DNA from: a virus
Taxonomy: Duplodnaviria; Caudoviricetes
Strand: one strand, 5' to 3'
Virus record (IMG/VR): IMGVR_UViG_3300048881_000548
Coordinates: 7,103 to 71,102 of that record
Length of the DNA: 64,000 nucleotides
Part shown: in pieces, positions 17,087 to 26,587 of the stretch
Position numbering within the stretch: the first letter of the stretch is position 1
How the letters are laid out: each line of letters starts with the position of its first letter
Made by a program: the position numbers and the translations under genes
Notes under the pieces: generated by a model
Database searches by the model: none
Told to the model about the DNA's origin: nothing
What the model saw: only the letters and a program-made list of their open reading frames with translations

Positions 17087-17692
17087 ATGAAAAAGACTGT
17101 CCTGGCCACCGCTGTTCTCGCGCTGGCCGCTGCCTCCGCTGGTGTCCGCGCACGCACGCGCGACATCTCCTACAACCTGCGCATGCCCGCTGGCTTCCCC
17201 GGCGACGTGAACCGCACGCACCCGGCTTCGATCCTGCCGGGCCTCACCAACCCCACGAACCCGCCGCGCCTCTTCGGTGACGCTGTGCTGATCGACACGG
17301 CAACGAACAGCTACCGTGCCCTCCTGGCTGGCGACACGGCCATCACCAAGGTCGACGGTATCCTCGTGCGCCCCTACCCCACTCAGCAACAGAGCGGCGG
17401 CATGGCGGCGAGCATCGGTGCCGCTCCTGGCCCGCTGGGCAACCAGGTGTGCGACGTCCTCAACGAGGGCTTCATCATCGCGCGCTGCAACAACTTCGCG
17501 GCTCAGCAGCCCACCAAGGGTGGCGCCGTCTACATCTGGGTGGCGGCTTCGAGCGGCGCCCACGTGCAGGGCGGCTTCGAGAGCGTCACGTCGGCGGGCA
17601 ACACCGCGGGCCCCATCACCAACCTGAAGTGGAACGGCCCGACCGACGGCAACGGCATCACCGAGATCCAGATCGCGGCACCGCTGGCGTAA
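17087..17692 (+). CDS. Capsid cement/decoration protein
   Basis: Lies between protease and MCP; RMPAGFPGDVNR, GILVRPYP and GGAVYIWV motifs. Confidence 0.8.
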   Translation: MKKTVLATAVLALAAASAGVRARTRDISYNLRMPAGFPGDVNRTHPASILPGLTNPTNPPRLFGDAVLIDTATNSYRALLAGDTAITKVDGILVRPYPTQQQSGGMAASIGAAPGPLGNQVCDVLNEGFIIARCNNFAAQQPTKGGAVYIWVAASSGAHVQGGFESVTSAGNTAGPITNLKWNGPTDGNGITEIQIAAPLA

Positions 17693-17748
17693 GCCTCGGC
17701 GAGTCCCAACGGTTACCCATCCATTCAACAGATTCAAGGAATCGCCAA

Positions 17749-18918
17749 ATGAAACGCCTCTTCTCTTCTCCCCTGGCCGCCGCTGCGCTGGTGGCAATGG
17801 GCGCACCCAACGTCATCCGTGCCCGCACGCGAGACACCGCGCTGACGTTCGACAGCGCCATGCTGCCCTTCACGCCGCTCGACGGCTACGGCAACATGCG
17901 CGGCAAGGTGCTGGACCATGCCTACCGCACCTGGGATGGCAAGCGCACCGTCGACTCCACCGGTGCCTTCCTGATCGGCGAACTCGAGCGCCTCGACCAG
18001 ACCATCAACACGCCGCTGGCCGCCGTCACCTGGAGCCGTGACATCGAGCTGCGCGAGGACGTCACCATCGCCGACGAAGTCTCCAGCTTCACGCTCACGG
18101 GCTTCGGCTCGGCGGGCAACCTCGGCACGGGTAACGGCGTGCGCAACGGCAAGGCCTGGATCGGCAAGGCAACCGACCAGATCGGTGGCGTCGGCGTGGA
18201 CACGGGCAAGATCCCGAACCCGCTGACCCCGTGGGGCCTGGAGATCAAGTACTCCATCCTCGAACTGGAAAGCGCCGCCAAGATGGGCCGCCCCATCGAC
18301 GCCCAGAAGTACGAGGCCCTGCAGCTCAAGCTCCAGATGGACACGGACGAGCAGGTCTACGTCGGCGATGCCACGCTGAACGTGGGCGGCCTCGTGAACA
18401 ATGCGCTGGTGACCAACATCGCCAACGTGCCCAATGGCGCCGGTGGCTCGCCGCTGTGGAGCAACAAGACGCCGAACGAGATCCTGGCCGACGTGAACGA
18501 GATCATCTTCTCGGCCTGGGCTCAATCGGCGTTTGCCGTGCTGCCGAACCGCCTGCTGCTGCCGCCGCTGAAGTTCGGCTACATCAACGCCACGCCGGTG
18601 ACCACGGCCGGCACGGGCTCCATCCTGAAGTTCATCATGGAGAACAACCTGCTGGTGGCGCAAGGCCTGGGCAACCTCGTCATCGCTCCGGCGAAGTGGC
18701 TGGTGGGCGCAGGCGTCGGTGGCAACATCGGCGTGAGCGGCACCGACCGCATGGTGGCGTACCGCAAGGACAAGAAGTACGTGCGCTTCCCCATGACGCC
18801 GCTGCAGCGCACGCCCGTGCAGTACGACAGCATCTACCACAAGTCCACGTACTTCTGCCGCCTCGGCGTCGTCGAAGTCGTGTACCCGGAAACGCTGGCC
18901 TACCGCGACGGCTTCTAA
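17749..18918 (+). CDS. Major capsid protein (DUF2184/encapsulin-like HK97 fold)
   Basis: GAFLIGELERLD, TWSRDI, DEQVYVGD, DRMVAY and YPET..YRDG. Confidence 0.92.
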   Translation: MKRLFSSPLAAAALVAMGAPNVIRARTRDTALTFDSAMLPFTPLDGYGNMRGKVLDHAYRTWDGKRTVDSTGAFLIGELERLDQTINTPLAAVTWSRDIELREDVTIADEVSSFTLTGFGSAGNLGTGNGVRNGKAWIGKATDQIGGVGVDTGKIPNPLTPWGLEIKYSILELESAAKMGRPIDAQKYEALQLKLQMDTDEQVYVGDATLNVGGLVNNALVTNIANVPNGAGGSPLWSNKTPNEILADVNEIIFSAWAQSAFAVLPNRLLLPPLKFGYINATPVTTAGTGSILKFIMENNLLVAQGLGNLVIAPAKWLVGAGVGGNIGVSGTDRMVAYRKDKKYVRFPMTPLQRTPVQYDSIYHKSTYFCRLGVVEVVYPETLAYRDGF

Positions 18919-18944
18919 GCCCTGGGCCTCGGCCTCAGTGAAGT

Positions 18945-18986
18945 AAGGGGGAAGGCATCACTGCCTCCCCCTTTTTGTTTCTTTTT
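18945..18986 (+). terminator. Intrinsic terminator after MCP
   Basis: AAGGGGGAAGGCA/TGCCTCCCCCTT stem followed by a long T-tract. Confidence 0.85.
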
Positions 18987-19001
18987 CTGGAGTACCCAAC
19001 C

Positions 19002-19436
19002 ATGACTGCCAAGAAGACTACCGCCGCCGCCAAGCAGGCCCCGGCAAAGCGCACGCCCCTCGTTCGCGAAGGCGTGGACCCGCGTGACGGCGCAACCGCG
19101 GACGTCGAACAAGACGACGCCAAGGATCTCGCGCAGCGCACCGCGGAATCCGTGGTGGCCGCTGCCCCCACCCCCAATCAAAGCAACGATCTGGAGGCCG
19201 CCAACAAGGCCCCAGGCGCGGGTGGCGTAGCCACTCCCCCTGCGCCCCCTCCCGCCGCGCGCAAGCGCGCCAAGCTGGTCAGCGACGAGGAAGTGGAAGT
19301 CGAACCCACGCCCCGTCACTTCCAGCTCATGGACGACAACGGCCAGCTCCATCCCTACCCTGCCGGCACCACGAAGATGCTCAAGGAGCACGCCGAGCAC
19401 TGGTATTCCGAGGCCAATGGCGTCGTCATCAAGTAA
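19002..19436 (+). CDS. Hypothetical virion-morphogenesis protein
   Basis: Post-MCP position; C-terminal F.L.DDNG..YPAG...AEHWY domain. Confidence 0.7.
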   Translation: MTAKKTTAAAKQAPAKRTPLVREGVDPRDGATADVEQDDAKDLAQRTAESVVAAAPTPNQSNDLEAANKAPGAGGVATPPAPPPAARKRAKLVSDEEVEVEPTPRHFQLMDDNGQLHPYPAGTTKMLKEHAEHWYSEANGVVIK

Positions 19437-19465
19437 GCAACCCCCAGCCCCCGAAGGAGGCCATC

Positions 19466-19936
19466 ATGGCTAACCCAGTAGATCCGGCTTCCTTTCGGGA
19501 GGCTTTTCCTGCTTTCGCAGACATCACCAAGTATCCCGACGCCGAGGTTCAGTTCTGGATCAACCTCGGCTACCAGCTCACGGCGAATGGCTTTCGCTGG
19601 GGCGACCTGCAGAGCTATGGCGTGCAGCTCTTCGTAGCCCACAACCTCGCGCTCGAAGCCATGAGCAAGGGCTCGGGTGGCGGCGGCACGCCTGGAGCCG
19701 TCGTAGGCCCCCTCACGTCGGGCGCCGTCGACAAGGTGAGCTACGCCCGCAATCCAGCGGCGGCCATGGACCCGAAGAACGGTCACTGGAACCTCACCAC
19801 CTACGGGCTGCGCTACATCCGCCTCGTCAACATGGTGGGCGCCGGTCCCGTGCAAGTGGGCGTGCCCCCAGGCGGCAGCAACTACAACCCGGGCCAAGCC
19901 TGGCCCGGCGTGGTCTATCCGCAGTCCGTGCAGTAG
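19466..19936 (+). CDS. Head-tail adaptor (DUF4054)
   Basis: FREAFPAF, LFVAHNL, VDKVSY and WNLTTYG. Confidence 0.85.
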   Translation: MANPVDPASFREAFPAFADITKYPDAEVQFWINLGYQLTANGFRWGDLQSYGVQLFVAHNLALEAMSKGSGGGGTPGAVVGPLTSGAVDKVSYARNPAAAMDPKNGHWNLTTYGLRYIRLVNMVGAGPVQVGVPPGGSNYNPGQAWPGVVYPQSVQ

Positions 19937-19938
19937 CC

Positions 19939-20571
19939 ATGGCCTCGAAGCCCAGCCGCTCCAAGAACACGGTCCAGGTCAAGAACACCAAGGAGAACCT
20001 GGAGCTGGTCAGCCAGGCCTTGGTGGATCTCGTGGAAACGCAGGTGCTCGTGGGCTTCCCCGACGACACCAGCGACCGCGACAACGAAGGCCTTGCCGAC
20101 AAGGATCTCACGAATGCCGCCCTGGGCTACATCCACGACAACGGCGCCCCCGAGGCGCGCATCCCGCAGCGCGAGTTCATGCGCCCAGGTATCGAGGCCG
20201 TGCAGGACGACATAGCTGACTTGCTGGGCAGGACGGCACGCAACACGCTCAAGGGCGGTGGCCCAGAGGCCGTGCATGCCGGTCTCACGCAAGTAGGCTT
20301 CAAGGCTGCCAACAGCATCAAGCGCACGATCAACGAGGGGGTGCCCCCTCCCCTATCGGCAGTCACGCTGCGCAATCGCATGAGGAAGGGCCGCAAGAAC
20401 GGTGGTGGCGCCCGCAAGGGGGCAATGATCGAACTCGACCGGCGCGATGACGGCCAGACCCCCAGCGTGGAGTTCGCCAAGCCGCTCGTCGATACCGCGC
20501 AGATGCGCAACGCCGTCACCTTCGTCCTGCGCAACCGCAAGGGCAAAGACACAGAGACCAAGGAGAACTAG
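19939..20571 (+). CDS. Neck/tail-completion protein
   Basis: VLVGFP, NAALGYIHDNG, IPQREFMRP and KPLVDTAQMRNAVT. Confidence 0.8.
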   Translation: MASKPSRSKNTVQVKNTKENLELVSQALVDLVETQVLVGFPDDTSDRDNEGLADKDLTNAALGYIHDNGAPEARIPQREFMRPGIEAVQDDIADLLGRTARNTLKGGGPEAVHAGLTQVGFKAANSIKRTINEGVPPPLSAVTLRNRMRKGRKNGGGARKGAMIELDRRDDGQTPSVEFAKPLVDTAQMRNAVTFVLRNRKGKDTETKEN

Positions 20572-20573
20572 CA

Positions 20574-21005
20574 ATGCCGCTACTCGACGTTTCCTTCGTC
20601 GTGGAAGACCCGATGTTCGCCGATACCTTCAACCTCATGCGTCGCCAAGATGCCGTGGGAGCGAATGGGCGCACGACGATCATCACCACGGCCACCCTCC
20701 TCGCCGTCGTGGGCACCGTTACCCAGCAGGATCCCGCCGCGCTGATGCGCCAGGACTCGGAGCAGCACGTGCCGCGCCGCATCTTCCTGGCCAGCAAGAC
20801 GGCGTTCCGCCCCGCGTCTCGAAGTCCCGACGGCCTCACCCAATACCAGCCCGACCAGATCCTCTGGCCGGTGAACGCAGATGGCACGCCAGCAGATGGC
20901 GCCACGCTCTACACCGTGGAGCAAGTCTTCCCCTACAAGCGCTATGGCGGCGGCCTCTACGAATGCGTGGCGACGTCGATGAATGCCATGGACGTGCCGC
21001 AATAA
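20574..21005 (+). CDS. Head-tail joining protein
   Basis: MPLLDVS.V..DP.F N-terminus; synteny. Confidence 0.75.
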   Translation: MPLLDVSFVVEDPMFADTFNLMRRQDAVGANGRTTIITTATLLAVVGTVTQQDPAALMRQDSEQHVPRRIFLASKTAFRPASRSPDGLTQYQPDQILWPVNADGTPADGATLYTVEQVFPYKRYGGGLYECVATSMNAMDVPQ

Positions 21006-21014
21006 GGAGGGCCT

Positions 21015-21584
21015 ATGGCTACTTTCATCAGACCCGAGGCCGTCCCCAATCCGTTGGAGGATGACGCCCTCATCGACGCCATGCAGGCCACCGTGGTGGG
21101 GGTCACGGGCCTCGACCCCACGCTCGTGCGGCCACGCAATCAACCAGCGCCGCCGAACTTGCCGGACTTCTCGCTGAACTGGGCAAGCCTCGGCCTCACG
21201 GTCACGGACAGCGACAGCTACGCCTTCGTGCGCCAGGTCAACGACACCGACATGGAGCTGGAGCACGACCAGGAGATCACGCTGCTTGCCATCTTCTACG
21301 GCAGCAGCGCGCAGAGCTACGTGGGCTTGCTTCGCGACGGCCTGCAGATCGAGCAGAACCGCTGGGCCCTTGGGGCACTGGGGGTGAAGCTTGTGAGCAC
21401 GGGCCGCGAGCGGCACATCCCCTCCCTGCTCAAAGAGATCTGGCAGCAGCGCTACGACTTGCCGGTTGTCTGGCGGCGCCGCGTGCGCCGCGTCTACAAG
21501 AGCGCTTCGGTCATCGGCGTCAGCCTCGGCCTCGATAACGAGCACTACATCACCCCTATCGTCGTCAGTCCTCCCACCCCTTGA
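21015..21584 (+). CDS. Neck/tail terminator protein
   Basis: GVTGLD..LVRPR.Q, FYG...DGLQIEQN and W..RYD. Confidence 0.75.
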   Translation: MATFIRPEAVPNPLEDDALIDAMQATVVGVTGLDPTLVRPRNQPAPPNLPDFSLNWASLGLTVTDSDSYAFVRQVNDTDMELEHDQEITLLAIFYGSSAQSYVGLLRDGLQIEQNRWALGALGVKLVSTGRERHIPSLLKEIWQQRYDLPVVWRRRVRRVYKSASVIGVSLGLDNEHYITPIVVSPPTP

Positions 21585-21594
21585 AGGAAATCAA

Positions 21595-23079
21595 ATGAAA
21601 CCCAGTCTTTCCGTTTCTCGCATTGTGGCCGTCAGCGTCTCTCTGACGCAGGCGGGAGCACAGGCGCAGAGCCTTTCCAACATGCTGGTCATGGGCACGT
21701 CAACGGTGATCGATCCCGTGGAGCGCTATCGCAGCTACACGGATCTCACCGACGTTGCCAATGACTTCGGCCTGCTTGCCGAGGAATACAAGGCAGCGCA
21801 GCGCTGGTTCAGCCAGTCGCCGCAACCCACGGAGCTGTTCGTCGCCCGCTGGGTCAACACGCCCTCGCAAGGCGGCATCCGCGGTGCCACGCTGCCGAAC
21901 TCGAGCCAGCTCATCGCCACCTGGAATGCCATCACCAACGGCAGCTTCAAGGTTGGGAAGAATGGCGCCGCAGCCGCCGACATCACGGGCCTGAACTTCT
22001 CGGCTGCCGCCAACCTGAACGCCGTGGCCGGCATCATCCAGACCGCCCTCACCGGCACCACGGTGATCTGGAACGCCAACTACCAGCGCTTCGAGATCAC
22101 CAGCACGACGAACGGCACCACGTCGGCTATCAGCTTCCTCCAGCCGGCAGCCACGGGCACCGACATCTCGTCGCTGCTCGGCATGACCGCGGCTTCCAGC
22201 GGCGCCTACCTGTTCACCGGCCAGGTTGCCGAATCGGCTGTGTCGGCTGTGCAGCTCATGGACGCCACGCTCGGCCAGAAGTGGTATGGCGTGGGCGTGC
22301 CCAGTGCCGTCGATGCCGATCACCTGGCCATCGCGGCTTTCATCGAAGGCACGAACACGAAGCACACCTACTGGGTGACGAGCGCCTCGGCCGGCATCAT
22401 CTCGGCCGTTTCCACGACGGACATCGCCTATCTGCTCTCGCAGCTCGGCTATCGTCGCACGTTCACGCAATACTCGTCGAGCGATGCCTATGCCGCCTTC
22501 TCGGCGGCTGGCCGCATCCTCACGACGGACTTCGACGGCAATGCCACGGTCATCACGCTCAAGTTCAAGCAAGAGCCTGGCGTCGTGGCGGAATCGCTCA
22601 ACACGAACCAAGCCAACGCCGCCGAAGCGAAGAACGCCAACATCTTCGTCAACTACAACAACGACACGGCCATCATCGAGCAAGGCGTCATGGCCGATGG
22701 CACGTTCGTGGATATCGTCACGGGCACCGACTGGCTTGCCGTGGAGCTGCAGCAGCGCGTCTACAACCTGCTCTACACGAGCCCGACGAAGATCCCGCAG
22801 ACCAACCCCGGCATGGCCCTGCTGACGACGACCTGCGAGGCCGTTTGCACGCAAGGCGTGACCAATGGCCTGCTGGCTCCCGGCGTCTGGAACAGCAACG
22901 GCTTCGGCCTGCTCAAGCAAGGCGACTACCTGGAGAAGGGCTTCTACGTCTACGCGCCGAACGTCGATACCCAGGATCCCGCCGATCGTGCGGACCGCCT
23001 CGCCGTACCCATCCAGGTCGCCGCGAAGCTGGCCGGTGCCATCCACCACTCCGACATCGCTGTGACGGTCAACCAGTAA
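21595..23079 (+). CDS. Tail sheath protein (DUF3383)
   Basis: EYKAAQRWFSQSPQP, TLKFKQEPGV, KIPQT and KLAGAIH. Confidence 0.92.
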   Translation: MKPSLSVSRIVAVSVSLTQAGAQAQSLSNMLVMGTSTVIDPVERYRSYTDLTDVANDFGLLAEEYKAAQRWFSQSPQPTELFVARWVNTPSQGGIRGATLPNSSQLIATWNAITNGSFKVGKNGAAAADITGLNFSAAANLNAVAGIIQTALTGTTVIWNANYQRFEITSTTNGTTSAISFLQPAATGTDISSLLGMTAASSGAYLFTGQVAESAVSAVQLMDATLGQKWYGVGVPSAVDADHLAIAAFIEGTNTKHTYWVTSASAGIISAVSTTDIAYLLSQLGYRRTFTQYSSSDAYAAFSAAGRILTTDFDGNATVITLKFKQEPGVVAESLNTNQANAAEAKNANIFVNYNNDTAIIEQGVMADGTFVDIVTGTDWLAVELQQRVYNLLYTSPTKIPQTNPGMALLTTTCEAVCTQGVTNGLLAPGVWNSNGFGLLKQGDYLEKGFYVYAPNVDTQDPADRADRLAVPIQVAAKLAGAIHHSDIAVTVNQ

Positions 23080-23107
23080 TCCAAGCCATCAAACAGGAGT
23101 TAATCAC

Positions 23108-23548
23108 ATGAACAAGACCTACAGCTTCCTCGACGTGGCATGCTCGCTGAGCGGCCCCGGTGGCATCATTGCCCTCGGCGCCGGCGCAGGCAATGCCGAG
23201 GAAGGCATCACCTTCACGCCCGTGGGGCCCTTCAACGGCATGACGATCGGCGCCGATGGCAGCGGCATGCACAGCCTCTTCGCCGACCGCTCTGCCAAGG
23301 CCACGGTGCGCCTGCTCAAGACGTCGCCCGTGAATGCCCAGCTCTCGCAGATGGTGGCCTTCCAGCGCTCCAGCGGCGCCCTGCATGGCCAGAACACGCT
23401 CGCGCTGAATGACTCCAGCCGCAACGACAGCATCACCGGCCAACAGGTGGCTTTCGCAAAGATTCCCGACATGGCCTACGCGAAGGAAGGCGGCTTCGTG
23501 GACTGGGAATTCGACATCGTCCGCATGGACATGCGCCTCGGCTCGTAA
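23108..23548 (+). CDS. Tail tube protein (DUF3277)
   Basis: TYSFLDV, AEEGI, MTIGADG.GMHS and LLKTSPVN. Confidence 0.9.
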   Translation: MNKTYSFLDVACSLSGPGGIIALGAGAGNAEEGITFTPVGPFNGMTIGADGSGMHSLFADRSAKATVRLLKTSPVNAQLSQMVAFQRSSGALHGQNTLALNDSSRNDSITGQQVAFAKIPDMAYAKEGGFVDWEFDIVRMDMRLGS

Positions 23549-23576
23549 GAGCTTCGTTTCCTAAGGAGAACCACAA

Positions 23577-24029
23577 ATGACAGAAGTGACCATTGCCGGC
23601 AAGAAGTATCGCGTCGGCACCCTCGACGCGATGCAGCAGCTCCACGTGGGCCGCCGCATCGCTCCCCTCGTGGCAACGCTCGGCCTGAGCTTGGACCTGG
23701 GGGCCATCTTCGGGGGCCGCAAGCTCAGCGTCGAAGAGCTGCTGCCCACCATCGGCCCGATCTCCCACATACTCTCGGCCATGACGGACGAGCACGTGGA
23801 CTACATCGTAGCCACGTGCCTCGGCGTCGTCCAACGCGAGGAGCGCGGAGGCGACAAGCAATTGTGGGCCCCCGTGACGAACGGCGCCAAGATCATGTAT
23901 GCCGACATCGATCTGCTTGGCACTTGCCGCCTCGTCGTGGAAGTGCTTCGCGCCAACCTCGGGGATTTTATGAAGGAGCTGATCGACGGCGCCGACTCGA
24001 GCAGCTCCTCAGCAACCCAGAAAGCCTAG
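23577..24029 (+). CDS. Tail assembly chaperone
   Basis: LDAMQQLHVGRRIAP motif; lies between tube and tape measure. Confidence 0.8.
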   Translation: MTEVTIAGKKYRVGTLDAMQQLHVGRRIAPLVATLGLSLDLGAIFGGRKLSVEELLPTIGPISHILSAMTDEHVDYIVATCLGVVQREERGGDKQLWAPVTNGAKIMYADIDLLGTCRLVVEVLRANLGDFMKELIDGADSSSSSATQKA

Positions 24030-24046
24030 GCGTCACCACGCTCACG

Positions 24047-24256
24047 ATGATGGAGAACGAGGACATCCTCTACCGCCCCGTCTTGCGGGGCATCCTTCCC
24101 GAGAGCGCGCTCTGGGATGGCTCCATCAGCTTGGGCCGCATCATGCTTCTCAACGAAGCCATCGATGTAGAAGAAGAAAACAAGTATCGGCAGAGTAAGG
24201 CACTTGCCGAGAAGGCGCGGGCAGACGCGCAGAATCAACCACGACGGAGGTACTAG
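24047..24256 (+). CDS. Tail chaperone second ORF (possible -1 frameshift extension)
   Basis: -1 frame relative to the chaperone; RPV...L.DGS...I.LLNEAID motif; candidate slippery G GAT TTT at 23963-23969. Confidence 0.65.
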   Translation: MMENEDILYRPVLRGILPESALWDGSISLGRIMLLNEAIDVEEENKYRQSKALAEKARADAQNQPRRRY

Positions 24257-24259
24257 GCT

Positions 24260-25927
24260 ATGGCCGATACAGCATCGACGATCTTGCGAGAGTACCTCGT
24301 GCGCGTTGGCTTCTCTGTGGACAAGACGGAGAAGAAGAAATTTGAGGATGGCCTGGAGAAATGGGACAAGCGAGCCGACAAGCTGGCGAAGGCCCTCTTC
24401 AGCGCCGCCAGTGCGTCGGCTGCCATGGTGGCGGCCTTCAGCTACAACATGGAGAAGCTCTACTACGCAAGCCGACGCATCGACTCGACGGTTGGCAACA
24501 TCCAGGCGCTCGACTTCGCCAGCCGCAACGTGGGGGTGAAGAACATCCAGCAGAGCATGGAAGCCCTTGCGCGCAACCTGCGCAGCAACCCTGGGCTCAC
24601 CGGCCTCCTGCAAAGCCTTGGCGTTCCCGTCAAGGGCCGCGACAAGGCCGACGTCCTCATGGATCTCGTGACGCAGCTCAAGAAGATGCCCTTCTTCGTC
24701 GCTGAGAAGTTTGGCAATCTCTTCGGCATCGACGCCGACACGCTCTTCATGCTGCAGGATGGCCTCGACAAGTGGAAGGAAGCCAATGCCCAGCGCAAGC
24801 AATGGGCGGCAGAAATGGGCGTTGATTCAGACGCTGCAGCACGGGCTAGCGTCGAGCTGAACAACCAATGGCGGGAAGTGGCGGAGCGCGCTGGATTGTT
24901 CCGCGATGCTCTCGTCATCTCCATCCTGCCCACGCTGAAGGAAGTGGGCGATGTGACCAAGCTGCTGCTGGCTGACTGGACGGCCATCGTCCAGCAAGGT
25001 GACGTCTTCGCGCGCCTGCTCGAAGGCTTGGGCCTAAAGCAGACTGGCGGCGGCGTGACTCTCAGCAAGGAGTCTCAGCAGCGCCTCGGCTTGGGTGAGG
25101 CAGACCAGGATACGATCGTCGGCCAGAACCTGGGTACTGGCGAGCAGGTGGTGTTTCGCAAGAAGCTCCTCGACCGGCTCTACGACCGCTTCATGAAGTG
25201 GGGTGGCGCCAAGAAGTATCAGACGCCCCTCGCCGATCAAGCCTCAGTTGATGCCGCCCAGGACACGACTGCCTTCACGCGCGGCGGCACTGGTATTGCT
25301 ACGGCTCCCGCCACGATCGTGGCGCCCAAGGGGTCCGGACAGCTTGCCGATGGCGGCCCTGCCCCCGGTCCCAAGGTGGGCAAGGCCGAGGCTGCGCGGC
25401 AGATCGAGGCCGCCAACAAGGCTGCCCCGCTCTTCGCAGCACTGGAGAAGCGCTACGGCTTGCCGCCTGGGCTGCTGGGGCGCGTGTGGGCCCAGGAATC
25501 GAGCCGCGGTGGCAACATGTTGTCGTCGGCAGGCGCTCAAGGCCATTTCCAGTTCATGCCCAGCACTGCGAAGCAGTATGGCCTGCAGGATCCCTTCAAC
25601 CTAGAGCAAAGCGCCGAGGCTTCGGCGCAGATGTACTCGAATCTGCTGAAGAAGTATGGCGGCGACATCAACAAGGCGGCTGCTGCCTATAACTGGGGTG
25701 AGGGCCGCGTCGACCGCTACGGCCTCGGCAAGGCTCCAGCGGAGACGCGGGGCTATATGGCGGCCATTGCCGGCAGCGGCGGCCAGCAGAGCCCGACGAT
25801 CATGCAGAACGTGAACATCAACATCACCGGGGCAAGCGATCCCAAAGAAACCGGCGCGCAGGTCCAGGCTGGGATCACCCAGGCTAACTCCGACATCACG
25901 CGTAACTTCAAACCGAGGGTCCAATAA
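24260..25927 (+). CDS. Tape measure protein with C-terminal lytic transglycosylase (SLT) domain
   Basis: LYYASRR N-domain; QESS, GAQGHFQFMPSTA, AAYNWGEG and ETRGY. Confidence 0.88.
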   Translation: MADTASTILREYLVRVGFSVDKTEKKKFEDGLEKWDKRADKLAKALFSAASASAAMVAAFSYNMEKLYYASRRIDSTVGNIQALDFASRNVGVKNIQQSMEALARNLRSNPGLTGLLQSLGVPVKGRDKADVLMDLVTQLKKMPFFVAEKFGNLFGIDADTLFMLQDGLDKWKEANAQRKQWAAEMGVDSDAAARASVELNNQWREVAERAGLFRDALVISILPTLKEVGDVTKLLLADWTAIVQQGDVFARLLEGLGLKQTGGGVTLSKESQQRLGLGEADQDTIVGQNLGTGEQVVFRKKLLDRLYDRFMKWGGAKKYQTPLADQASVDAAQDTTAFTRGGTGIATAPATIVAPKGSGQLADGGPAPGPKVGKAEAARQIEAANKAAPLFAALEKRYGLPPGLLGRVWAQESSRGGNMLSSAGAQGHFQFMPSTAKQYGLQDPFNLEQSAEASAQMYSNLLKKYGGDINKAAAAYNWGEGRVDRYGLGKAPAETRGYMAAIAGSGGQQSPTIMQNVNINITGASDPKETGAQVQAGITQANSDITRNFKPRVQ

Positions 25928-26586
25928 TGATTGGCTTTGTCGATCCGAGCCTTGATGGCGGCGACCAAGTGATCCAGGTCACTCCGGTGCGCAGCATCGG
26001 GCCCTTCACGGCTCAGGTCACCATTGAAGAGCGCCACGCCGATGAGATGGTCATCACCGATCATCCCGTTGAAAGCGGCGCCGTCATCAGTGACCACGCC
26101 TACATGCTGCCCAGCACCTTGCTTATCCGAGGCGGCTGGAGTGAGAGCCCTTCTGTCGACGGCGGCATTGGCTCTCTTACCGCGGACGTCGGTCTAGGTC
26201 TTTCGGGACTGACGTCGATGACCAGCGGTGAGGGCGTCGGCTCTGTGCGTGAGATGTACGAGAACATGCTCGTGCTCCAAAGCTCTCGCATTCCTTTCGA
26301 GATCCAAACGGGCAAGCGCGTCTACCAGAACATGCTCATCCGCCGACTCGAGACCACGACTGACAAGGAGAACGAGAACTCCATCATCATGACGATCGAC
26401 TGCCGAGAGGTGTTGATCGTCAAGACGCAAGTGGTCAGCGTGGGCGCTCCTCCCGAGGACCAGGAGAACGCGGAGAGCACGCAGGCCACCAGCGAGAAGG
26501 GCACCAAGCAGCTCGCGGAGGCTTCCTCCTACAACGCCGACGCTGGGGCCGCCAGCGCGGCCGCCAGCCCTACGGGAGCGCAATAG
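25927..26586 (+). CDS. Baseplate/tail-tube initiator (Dit-like) protein
   Basis: EE.H.D...ITDHPVESGA.ISDHAY and TGKRVY.NMLI. Confidence 0.8.
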   Translation: MIGFVDPSLDGGDQVIQVTPVRSIGPFTAQVTIEERHADEMVITDHPVESGAVISDHAYMLPSTLLIRGGWSESPSVDGGIGSLTADVGLGLSGLTSMTSGEGVGSVREMYENMLVLQSSRIPFEIQTGKRVYQNMLIRRLETTTDKENENSIIMTIDCREVLIVKTQVVSVGAPPEDQENAESTQATSEKGTKQLAEASSYNADAGAASAAASPTGAQ

Positions 26587-26587
26587 C

